Part shown: positions 19,685 through 28,174 of the stretch, one piece after another
Numbering within the stretch: position 1 is the stretch's first letter
How the letters are laid out: the number at the start of each line of letters is the position of its first letter
IMG/VR virus record: IMGVR_UViG_3300027710_000011
Span: 62,001-126,000 of that record
Direction: 5' to 3' (one strand)
DNA length: 64,000 nt
Notes under the pieces: model-generated
Databases searched by the model: none
What the model saw: the letters and a program-made list of their open reading frames with translations, nothing else
Told to the model about the DNA's origin: nothing
Program-made: the position numbers and the translations under genes

Positions 19685-20340
19685 ACCTTCTTTTCCGGTT
19701 TATAGCCTTCAGGCCAAGCGTCGACTTGGGACAAGACATCAATCGCGGCATTGCGATCAGCAACAGCAGACGGACGGTTGAATTCGAGAAGCACTTGATC
19801 ATTACTCTCATCGGTGGCAACCGAAGTTGTCACGTGTTTATTGATGATGTCCCAGACTTCTTCGTTGTTCTTGACGACCAGGGACGGGATACCTGGGGTT
19901 TCTTGCAGATCCATTTTGTCTTCCTTCTTGGTTGGTTGTAGGATATTTTTCATCCGAGCGGAGTCAAAGAACTTGACCTCGTTTGAAATAAGTTTGGGGA
20001 GCAAGGCATTGAGCCGCATCTTTCCAAAATGGAAAAACATCTCGCTGCTAGTTGGTTCAGGACGATGAGTTATAATTATCTCGTCAGCAATGGTCTCCAG
20101 CCAACGTCGTGCACCGCCTGCAGGGCGAATAGTTCTGATCTCCACGCCCTTTGCCAATTCACGCAACTTGTTCACGTAGATGGGTTCACGCAAAAAGTCT
20201 GCTTTGTTGGGAATTTCCCAGATGTTGAGGTAATCGCGATATGCGTCTTTGGTATGGTTGGACGAAAGATCGACAGTTTGCTGATCCAGCTGGTTAAGCT
20301 TTTGCAACAATGCTGGGAAATCAATTTGGCTGTTATTCAC
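19681..20340 (-). CDS. Hypothetical protein
   Basis: 219-aa ORF. Confidence 0.7.
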   Translation of the reverse strand: MNNSQIDFPALLQKLNQLDQQTVDLSSNHTKDAYRDYLNIWEIPNKADFLREPIYVNKLRELAKGVEIRTIRPAGGARRWLETIADEIIITHRPEPTSSEMFFHFGKMRLNALLPKLISNEVKFFDSARMKNILQPTKKEDKMDLQETPGIPSLVVKNNEEVWDIINKHVTTSVATDESNDQVLLEFNRPSAVADRNAAIDVLSQVDAWPEGYKPEKKV

Positions 20341-20381
20341 GTTAGTTTCTCTTGGTTAGTGAAATAAAAAAGAATAAACAC

Positions 20382-21475
20382 CTCCTTAAGTACACGGGTT
20401 AGATGCACTTAAGGAGATATTCGAATTCGCTTAGTTCTTCGGTACCGGTGGCCATGAGACTTTCGTCTCGCTGAACTGTGCTTGCGCACAACAGCAACGG
20501 TTCGTACTCCTCTACAAACGAATTCGGTATCTCTGTTTTATTCACGTGGCATCCGTACAAGTTGACCAACGATAAATTGGGGGCGGTCAAGCGTGCACTA
20601 TGGAATCACCAGCGTTATTAAGTCCGTATCTGGATCTTGGTCTGCCGCAACCGGCGTCGAATTGTTTTTGGAAGCTTTTTGGCGGGAGGATTGCAATACA
20701 GTAAGCTAATTAACTCACGTTGTAGACAAGCCCATCCATTTCTGGATGCAAGCAAGTCTAAGCTCAGCGCCGCAACGTGGCCACTGTATCCATGAGGGTG
20801 TTTTAAGAACCTGACTCGATATAATCCGTAGCATTATCCGATCGCATAGATGCTAACGTAGCCTCGGTTTCTTTAATCACATGCGCTCACCCCACCGGGT
20901 ACCTTCGATGCACAGTAGGCGCCGTACAGGCTGCGTCGGGAACTCGGCAAGGGCGGCCACAGCCCACAGTCCCGACTATCGCTGTAGAACCCTTGAACTT
21001 CAGTCGCCTGCAAACACTCGCTTTTGCGCAGCGTGCATTAAAACTGAAGCCAAGGCCCAAGACCTCCGATCTTAGAACGTCAATACGTACTGCCAGTATT
21101 GCGCGTGCTATGGCTTGATCGAACCGGAGGTCCTTTTTGTTTATCAACCCGATGAGGTACCGGGTCAAACGAATGCGTATCCCCACAGAACCTCCCTTCT
21201 GAGTTGACTTTTATTGACAGCAGATTTGGTTTGAATCTACTGCTTGGTTGTTGGTGGGCATGAGTAAACGAGGGGCCTTCTCGAATCCGATGTGGTCTGA
21301 ACCGTCACGGTATTGAAGCCTGGCAGCAAGTTACTCTTCCCGTTTTTTATTCTGTTGGTCAGGGCAACTAACCAACGTAATTGACTCTTTCTAGAGTTTT
21401 GTGTTGGCCGCAACCGGCCTTCGAATTGTGGGTTGGAAAGGGAGTAATGACCATGGTTGATCGTCACTACTCCCA
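20382..21475 (-). ncRNA. Putative large structured non-coding RNA (family not identified)
   Basis: More than 12 helices with G-U wobbles favouring the minus strand, three GNRA tetraloops, nested long-range pairings, a terminal 14-bp hairpin plus U-tract; no convincing ORF between 20340 and 21237. Confidence 0.6.
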
Positions 21476-21989
21476 ACAGCATTCGGATGCGCTCGTGCAG
21501 CACCATGCTGCGGGCTGAAAAGCGCTTCCAGCCTACGTTGCGTTGATGAATTCGCCTGGACTGCTCATGCGCTGCCGCATCATGATCGTTGTCCTGGCGC
21601 GCTTGCACTAATTCATCATTCTCGTATTCACAGACGTACCAAGGAGAGATGGGTTCTTCATTCTGAACCAACGCTTGTGCCAAGGCTTTTCCGAGTCGAA
21701 TGGCAATACTGTCATCCTCAGATAACAGCACTCTGAGAATATCGCGTTTTGCAGCAACTGATCTGGCATCCACCATGCGTTGAAACGTAGAGCCAGATTC
21801 TTGCTCACGAATAGCGTGTAGGAATTCTTCGCGCTTGCTGGCTTCTTGGTTAGCGACTTCGATCAGTTCACATCCGGCTTCTTGTACCAAGTGTCTGATC
21901 TTATCGATCAAAGCAGAATCAAGACCTGCCCCCACGATAAGGAGGCGTTTTGTTTCATCGCTGGAATTCACAACTACCTCCTTTCTCAT
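21237..21989 (-). CDS. Hypothetical protein whose 3' third overlaps the structured RNA
   Basis: RBS GAGG before start; first ~165 aa look protein-like, the tail overlaps hairpins. Confidence 0.6.
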   Translation of the reverse strand: MRKEVVVNSSDETKRLLIVGAGLDSALIDKIRHLVQEAGCELIEVANQEASKREEFLHAIREQESGSTFQRMVDARSVAAKRDILRVLLSEDDSIAIRLGKALAQALVQNEEPISPWYVCEYENDELVQARQDNDHDAAAHEQSRRIHQRNVGWKRFSARSMVLHERIRMLLGVVTINHGHYSLSNPQFEGRLRPTQNSRKSQLRWLVALTNRIKNGKSNLLPGFNTVTVQTTSDSRRPLVYSCPPTTKQ

Positions 21990-21992
21990 TGG

Positions 21993-22520
21993 TTAAACTT
22001 GATAGCAGCTCAGGTGAGCTACACGGTCGAAGAACTCTTCGCAGTCGTCGTATTTCTTAAGTATCAGACTTCCATCACCAAACGTGTGTTCGTACCTGTA
22101 TGGTAAGAACCCGCTCATGACGTAAAGCTTAAACAGTTCAAACTGATGAAAGATGTCTAGAGCCGATTGCTCAATAGTGATCATCTTATCGATCAGTGTT
22201 ACTGACGGATACGGCCAAGGGTTTTGTTTCACACCATTTTCTTGTCCGAGTAACTTAAGTTCTTCCTCGGCTTGACTCAAGTGCAAGTGAAGATACCGCG
22301 TCATGCTAGCGATGTCGCGGTACGCTGTTGCTCTGTAAGAACAGGCTTCAACGATTTGATCAATGATGAATTCAGGGCTGGCTGAGAACAGCGAATTAAT
22401 CGTTCTGATCTGTCGTGAAACATCAATCACGACGGTATGCGGAAGATTGTTAAAGTCATCTACCGCATCAGAGTAACTAATATCTTCTTGCACTGAAGCT
22501 CCTTTATTGACATAAGTCAA
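21993..22520 (-). CDS. Hypothetical protein
   Basis: 175-aa ORF, GFLPYRYEHTFGD..LILKKYD. Confidence 0.7.
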   Translation of the reverse strand: MTYVNKGASVQEDISYSDAVDDFNNLPHTVVIDVSRQIRTINSLFSASPEFIIDQIVEACSYRATAYRDIASMTRYLHLHLSQAEEELKLLGQENGVKQNPWPYPSVTLIDKMITIEQSALDIFHQFELFKLYVMSGFLPYRYEHTFGDGSLILKKYDDCEEFFDRVAHLSCYQV

Positions 22521-22801
22521 TCAGGAACAGTGTGTGTCCTGACCAACTCGATTGCGCGTTGCTTGATGAGGGTAGAACCCAGTTGCTTTGCGAATGCAAG
22601 CATTTCTGGATCTTCGCTCTTATCAATCTTAGACCAAGTGACGAACTGTTTACCCCAGGAAATCTGAGGAGTCAGATCGTTGTAGCTGAAAGCAGCCACT
22701 TGACTTTTCTTGAATTGTGCAGCCATGATTTTAATGTTGGTTAGGTGTCCACAAATGATGGTAAACACACAGTAAAAACTACACATAACACCAGCCTCCA
22801 A
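22517..22801 (-). CDS. Hypothetical protein (start uncertain)
   Basis: ORF with 4-nt overlap to the next gene. Confidence 0.55.
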   Translation of the reverse strand: MEAGVMCSFYCVFTIICGHLTNIKIMAAQFKKSQVAAFSYNDLTPQISWGKQFVTWSKIDKSEDPEMLAFAKQLGSTLIKQRAIELVRTHTVPD

Positions 22802-22902
22802 AATGGTGATATGTCGTTAAAACAATCTAGGATCAAAGTGTATTGTGTGTACATCTCTCTACATGAGAGTAAAGATTTTTATTTTGGCTAGGAGGCCTAG
22901 CG

Positions 22903-24939
22903 ATGGCTAACATTGTTACACGAGCCCTTGGCTTCGTGGATGTGTCTGAAGACGAGAAATACATCACAATCGGCGGTGTGAAGGCTGAGAATATCGGTAA
23001 GGACATTCTCCGCATGTGGGGAACGAATCGCATTGAGCAACACATGTTCAATGAGATTGGTGGACGCGTTATCAGGTTCCCAAAGTTCTTTGGTCCTGAG
23101 GTGCATTACATCCTCAGCAAGATTTTGAACAACAAGAAGGTCGTTACAAGTCGTGGAAGTATCAAGGACGCTTTGGCTCTCCTTGAACAAAACACTTGGA
23201 TGAAACGCATCACGCAAGAGTACGACCCTATTATTGATTTGGATGCCGTCAAGCTGTTCAATAAGACGCCGATGCCGCACCAGATTAATTTCTTCCAGAT
23301 GTATAGTCATCGTACGCAATCGTACGGACTGAACGGCTATCTCCTGTCCGCTGGCGCTGGCACTGGTAAGACACTGATGGCACTCATCTTGTCCGAAATG
23401 CTGCATGCTGACTACAAGGTGATTGTCTGTCCAAAGAATGCTGCTTACCGAGTGTGGGTAACTTCTTTGGCTGAAGAATACAAAGATCCTCGCAAGGCTT
23501 GGGTAATCGCAGACGGTAAGGCTTACGAAGGTCAGAAGTACATTGTCTGTCATTACGAAGGTTTGGAAAAGCTCAAGGCCATTGCTGGCCGCCTTTCCGG
23601 ACGCGTGATCATCCCGCTTGATGAGTCTCACAATTTGAACAGTGACGATTCCTTGCGGACTCAATACTTCATCGACATCTGTCGCTCCATCCGTAACGTA
23701 CACGTGCTGTGGATGTCGGGTACACCAGTGAAAGCTCTTGGGTACGAAAGCATTCCACTGTTGCGCTCCATTGATCCGCTCTTCACCGATGAAGTGGAAG
23801 CGCGGTTCAAGAAGATCTATGGGCGTGATGCCACAAAGGCTTTGGACATCTTGCGTCAACGTATCGGCATGATTTCTTTCCACGTGGAAAGCTCTGCGGT
23901 TGTGACAAATGAGACGACGACTCACAATCGGATGATCAGTATCCCGAACGGTAAGATATACACGTTGGATGCTGTGCGTACCGAGATGCAGAAGTTCATT
24001 GAAACTCGTCTGAAATTCTACTTGGGCGAGAGCAAGAGTTTCAAGAAAACTTATGAGCGAGCGCTTGATATCTACGAAGACACGATCAAGGATAATGGCC
24101 TGCTGTCTAAAGACAGTGAAGAACGTCGTGCATTCAAGACGTACAAGCGCTACATCGAGCTGATCTCTTCCGGCTTTGATCCAATGAGTATGGCTAAGGA
24201 AGCCAAGTATTGCAATCATTTCGAGAAGAACATCATTGCTCCTACTTTGCCAAAAGACTTGAAGAAGGCTTTCATGAGCGCCAAGTCTGTGGTGAAGTAT
24301 CCGCAGCTTAAGGTACTTGGTGAAGCACTCGGTGGTGTTCTGAGCAAGAAGCGTGTTCAATGTCACTTGGACATGATTCCGCATATGGGACTAGAAAAGA
24401 TCATCAACGCGGCTTCGAAGAAGACCATCATCTTCTCGAGTTACGTTGAGGTGGTGGATGCAATCACGAAGTACCTGAAGGGTAAGGGTTTCAATCCCAT
24501 TGCCGTACACGCAAGTAGTGGTCAGGAACTCTCAGCATCCGTTAACCAGTTCTTCAAAGATCCGAATCTCAATCCGTTGGTGGCGACTTTCCAATCGCTA
24601 TCGACAGCAGTTCCGATTATCTGCGCGAACTGTACTGTGTTCACGAACATGCCGTTCCGTGAATACGAGATTACACAAGCTCGTGCTCGCACGAATCGTT
24701 TGGGTCAAGATACTGCTGTTGAGTACTACAACACGTACCTTGACACTGGTAAAGAGCCCAACGTCTCCACCCGCTCACGTGACATCCTGGAATGGTCGCG
24801 CCAACAAGTTGCAGCCATCCTTGGCCAAGACTATGGCGGCACTATTACAGCTGAAATGGTGAACTCGATGGAGAGTTTGACAGAGGACTACACTCCTTTC
24901 GAGATCAGTCTCGCTATGGAGGAATACGCAGACTTTTAA
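22903..24939 (+). CDS. SNF2-like (SF2) helicase
   Basis: PMPHQ, SAGAGTGKT, VCPK, IPLDESH, MSGTP, IFSSY and QARARTNRLGQ motifs. Confidence 0.88.
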   Translation: MANIVTRALGFVDVSEDEKYITIGGVKAENIGKDILRMWGTNRIEQHMFNEIGGRVIRFPKFFGPEVHYILSKILNNKKVVTSRGSIKDALALLEQNTWMKRITQEYDPIIDLDAVKLFNKTPMPHQINFFQMYSHRTQSYGLNGYLLSAGAGTGKTLMALILSEMLHADYKVIVCPKNAAYRVWVTSLAEEYKDPRKAWVIADGKAYEGQKYIVCHYEGLEKLKAIAGRLSGRVIIPLDESHNLNSDDSLRTQYFIDICRSIRNVHVLWMSGTPVKALGYESIPLLRSIDPLFTDEVEARFKKIYGRDATKALDILRQRIGMISFHVESSAVVTNETTTHNRMISIPNGKIYTLDAVRTEMQKFIETRLKFYLGESKSFKKTYERALDIYEDTIKDNGLLSKDSEERRAFKTYKRYIELISSGFDPMSMAKEAKYCNHFEKNIIAPTLPKDLKKAFMSAKSVVKYPQLKVLGEALGGVLSKKRVQCHLDMIPHMGLEKIINAASKKTIIFSSYVEVVDAITKYLKGKGFNPIAVHASSGQELSASVNQFFKDPNLNPLVATFQSLSTAVPIICANCTVFTNMPFREYEITQARARTNRLGQDTAVEYYNTYLDTGKEPNVSTRSRDILEWSRQQVAAILGQDYGGTITAEMVNSMESLTEDYTPFEISLAMEEYADF

Positions 24940-24951
24940 ATAATCGAGGTC

Positions 24952-25254
24952 GTGATGGGAAATGGAACAGAACCTATGAAGGGGCGTCGTGCTCCTTTAA
25001 ACAAAGATGGTTTCTTTGAGAACTTTGGACAACCTGGAGACTATGGACGTATCAAGCGGACGCTCGAACAAGTCCATGGTTTACAGGATCAACTGTACTG
25101 GCAAGTGATTGCACCTGACGGTAGTAGCTGTAAGTTGAGTCCAGAGGTTCACGAAGTCCTTGAACACAAGGACGGTACCATTTCTGTCACACCTTCGATT
25201 GTCACAAAGAGCTGGCACGGCTGGTTGAAACATGGAATCTGGACTTCCGTGTAA
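24952..25254 (+). CDS. Small protein, DUF6527-like C-terminus
   Basis: GTISVTPSI...WHGWLKHGIW. Confidence 0.55.
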   Translation: MMGNGTEPMKGRRAPLNKDGFFENFGQPGDYGRIKRTLEQVHGLQDQLYWQVIAPDGSSCKLSPEVHEVLEHKDGTISVTPSIVTKSWHGWLKHGIWTSV

Positions 25255-25338
25255 TAACCATTATCTTGTGTGAACAAATGTCTAATTACTTGGAAGTAGC
25301 TAGATACGACCACCCTTCTACACGTCTCAGGAAACAAC

Positions 25339-27036
25339 ATGAAACATCTGCCGCAAATTCTCGCCCAACAGCGCGCTCAAGCCCAATTCGCCATCGCCGG
25401 CGTTCCGTCTTCGCAATTGAGCGTTGCTCAAGAAGGCATCGCTCAAGAAGGCTTCGTGGACGGCTTCAAGGACTTCTTCACGCACCAGGCCACCACGAGT
25501 GACTTGGCTATCGTGCGCAAGGCCGCTTCGACCATGGCTGAATACAAGGTCGGTCTGACTTCCACTCGTCAGTTCGTCAACAACAACAACATGGCAGCGC
25601 TGCGCTACCTGTTCAAAGAAGATCAGCTGACCGGCAACCTGGTGGGTGACATCAATCACGACGTCAAGACCGTCGGCATGGTCAACGACGTTCTGCGCAA
25701 CATCGTTGAACTGCTGAAGAAGTCCAAGCCTGAAGACCGCAACAACGAAATCGAGAACGGCCTGATCAGCGTCCTGAAGGAAGCACGTGTCCACCTGGAC
25801 GACGTCGCCATGCTGGGCAACTACTACTTCTCGTTCGGCGCCCGCGGCACCGGAGATATGCTTGGTAACCATATCGACGAAGACATCAAGGCGAAGCTTC
25901 GCTTGGGCAACAACCTCACCGAAGCTGCTGTCGGCCTGGTCTTCTACGCTCTGGACAAGAAGAAGGCCGACGGTCTCTTCCCCAAGATCAACGAGAAGAT
26001 GGACTTCGACCTGAACGCTTTCAAGTCGGCAACTACTGCCTACGCAAAAATGCTGGGCCAGTCGGCTGCTTTGATCGAAGAGTTCATTGGCGAATACAAG
26101 CGCAGCAAGCGTCACGACAGCAAGCACGTTCGTCACGTTCTGCGCTACGGCCACAACGTTTGCGGCGTGTTGGTCGCCATCGCTTCGGTGACTCAGCCTT
26201 TCCTGAACTACATGCGCTCGCAGCTGAAGACTGGCGACGTCGCCATGGAAGGCTTCACTGACTCCGTCAAGAACGGTGTCAATCTGCTGAAGAGCAAATT
26301 CTCGCCCAATGACGAGACGAAGGCCAAGGCACAGATCGAGGTCTTGACCAAGCTCAAAGACGACGCTGAGCAACTGAAGAAGTACATCTCTTCGGGCGCT
26401 GACATCAAGTCGACATCGGTCAAGTTGACGCAAGCTGCCAAGAACTTCCCGGTGAGCGCGCAGACGCCTGACGAGCTGGTGCGCAACTTGTCCGCTTGGC
26501 GCAAGCAGACGGCTGCTGAGGTGACACGCATCTCCAAACTGACCGACAAGGCTGAAGTGGAATCCGCCATCGCCAAGATGAAGGAACAAGCCAAGGTCAA
26601 GGGCAAGATCGCTGACAACATGGTCTTCACGAAGGACGCGTGCTTGAAGCTGCTGTCGGAGATGATCGCATTGATCGATCTGAGCGTTCAGACCTGCAAG
26701 CGCAGTCTGGAGTTGAAGACGGAAGCCGGCGAAGTCAAGCCAAGCATGGAATCCATGTACATCGCCATGGAAAGCATGGAGATGACCATCGCTATGGAAG
26801 GCTTCTGGTCGAAAGTATTCGGCTACTACCTGCTGATCACCGGCTATGCCAGCTGGTTCTACGCCATCATCGTCGCTTGCTGGACTGTGTTCATGATCCT
26901 CACTGGTGCCGGTGTGTTCGCAGTACTGTTTACCGCAGGCGCTGCTGGCGTCAACTGGTTCCTCGGCAGCTTGTTTGTCGAAGCCGGTCGCAAGATGATC
27001 GACGACAACCAGGACGATGGCGAATATCGTTCCTAA
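25339..27036 (+). CDS. Internal head (ejected) protein with multiple A/S-x-E protease sites and hydrophobic C-terminus
   Basis: AQE-G twice, AME-G twice, SME/AME cluster; highly biased codons; C-terminal TM-like helices. Confidence 0.75.
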   Translation: MKHLPQILAQQRAQAQFAIAGVPSSQLSVAQEGIAQEGFVDGFKDFFTHQATTSDLAIVRKAASTMAEYKVGLTSTRQFVNNNNMAALRYLFKEDQLTGNLVGDINHDVKTVGMVNDVLRNIVELLKKSKPEDRNNEIENGLISVLKEARVHLDDVAMLGNYYFSFGARGTGDMLGNHIDEDIKAKLRLGNNLTEAAVGLVFYALDKKKADGLFPKINEKMDFDLNAFKSATTAYAKMLGQSAALIEEFIGEYKRSKRHDSKHVRHVLRYGHNVCGVLVAIASVTQPFLNYMRSQLKTGDVAMEGFTDSVKNGVNLLKSKFSPNDETKAKAQIEVLTKLKDDAEQLKKYISSGADIKSTSVKLTQAAKNFPVSAQTPDELVRNLSAWRKQTAAEVTRISKLTDKAEVESAIAKMKEQAKVKGKIADNMVFTKDACLKLLSEMIALIDLSVQTCKRSLELKTEAGEVKPSMESMYIAMESMEMTIAMEGFWSKVFGYYLLITGYASWFYAIIVACWTVFMILTGAGVFAVLFTAGAAGVNWFLGSLFVEAGRKMIDDNQDDGEYRS

Positions 27037-27109
27037 GTTCTTCTGAACTGTTAAAAGACCGAGTGGAAACACTCGGTCTTTTAATTTGTCACACAACAGG
27101 AAACAAAAT

Positions 27110-27955
27110 ATGGGTACCAATACTCAAACGCTTGTGTTGCCAACGCAGCAAGAAGCTATTGCCATGGAAGGTATCAAAGACACGCTCAAAGATGCCTGGG
27201 GCGCTCTGGTGAAGAAGTTCAATCCTACGGACCATGAAGCAATCATGGCTCGTATGGAAAAGCTCTCGAAAGTTCGTGTTGACCTTATCAAGCTGAAACA
27301 ACAAATCAGCATGGGTAAGGACGACGGTCAGGTGACTGCGAACATCACGCGCTTTACTGCACACTTGCCTGTGACGGCCGATACAGGTGAGCAGCTTGTC
27401 AAAGAGCTGGCTATGCAGCGTAAACGCATTCATGCCGTGGTTGTGGCTGCCGAGCATGCAAACACGCCGGAATCCATCAAGACGGTTCGGGAGCAAATGC
27501 TCTTGGAGCTCTCAAAGAAAGGCAACGTCTCCAAAGACATCATCTTCACCAAGAAGGTGATTCTGCAAGTGCTGGATGAAACCATCGCTTTGCTGGATGT
27601 TGTTAAGGACGCGGGTGGTGCGTACAACAAGTGCCACGAGAAAGCCAAGACTTCTGGAAGCTTGGCTACAGAGTCCTACCTCAACGGCCTGGCTTTGGAA
27701 AGCTATGAAGATACGCTGGAAATAGCCCTAGAAGGCCTTGTGAGCGCCATCGTTGGCCTGACTGCACTCCTGGCCTCTATCACTGCTCGCGTGATGATGT
27801 ACTTCGCCTGGGTGATGGCAATTGGCGCTCTTCTGACCGGACAGTTCGCTGCAGCCTTTGGTTTGTTTATCGCTGCTGAAGTTCTGGAATGGATCAGTCA
27901 AGCTGGTCTGAATTATTCCAATGTCCAGCTGAACGGCGGTGAAGAAGAGCATTGA
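27110..27955 (+). CDS. Internal head protein paralogous to the second half of 25339..27036
   Basis: IAME-G, ATE, ALE-S, ALE-G sites; alignable domain; hydrophobic tail. Confidence 0.75.
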   Translation: MGTNTQTLVLPTQQEAIAMEGIKDTLKDAWGALVKKFNPTDHEAIMARMEKLSKVRVDLIKLKQQISMGKDDGQVTANITRFTAHLPVTADTGEQLVKELAMQRKRIHAVVVAAEHANTPESIKTVREQMLLELSKKGNVSKDIIFTKKVILQVLDETIALLDVVKDAGGAYNKCHEKAKTSGSLATESYLNGLALESYEDTLEIALEGLVSAIVGLTALLASITARVMMYFAWVMAIGALLTGQFAAAFGLFIAAEVLEWISQAGLNYSNVQLNGGEEEH

Positions 27956-27974
27956 TTTTTGAACTGAATATATA

Positions 27975-28007
27975 GCGAGTAAATGGGCTAAAAACCCATT
28001 TACTCGT
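27975..28007 (+). terminator. Terminator hairpin
   Basis: GCGAGTAAATGGG-ctaaaaa-CCCATTTACTCGT. Confidence 0.7.
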
Positions 28008-28174
28008 GTATGCCGTGTGTTTTTAATTGTAACTGGATTTTGGCATTTATAATTTGTACAAGGGGAGAACAGAGTACTTTTTTAGCACTCCGAGTCATCC
28101 TTTGTAAGCAAGTCAAAACTGCTAAGTCCATGCGAAATTATCAACCAAACTCTGTATAAAGAGGTAAAAAATCC

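Noticed and set aside
20644-20673. Solitary CRISPR-repeat mimic (Racr)
   Set aside because: No resemblance to the type I-C, I-E or I-F repeat consensus sequences I know.
20887-21186. 99-aa ORF with a GGGAGG upstream
   Set aside because: The SD-like sequence is in a hairpin loop only 4 nt from GTG, and the ORF crosses many helices with a Cys/Arg-rich tail. Probably non-coding, though not excluded.
20382-21475. tmRNA (suggested by the nearby SspB), RNase P RNA, group I or group II intron
   Set aside because: No GGGGC..GAUUCGAC 5' end, T-arm/CCA end or ALAA-type tag. No GAGGAAAGUCC. The CGACUG/UAGUCG P7-like pair lacks the bulge and room for P3/P8. The GAGAC-GAAA-GUCUC hairpin lacks a domain-V lower stem.
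27963-27978. NrdR box upstream of nrdA (ACTGAATATATAGCGA)
   Set aside because: It misses conserved positions, is single, and overlaps the terminator flank about 200 nt from the start codon.
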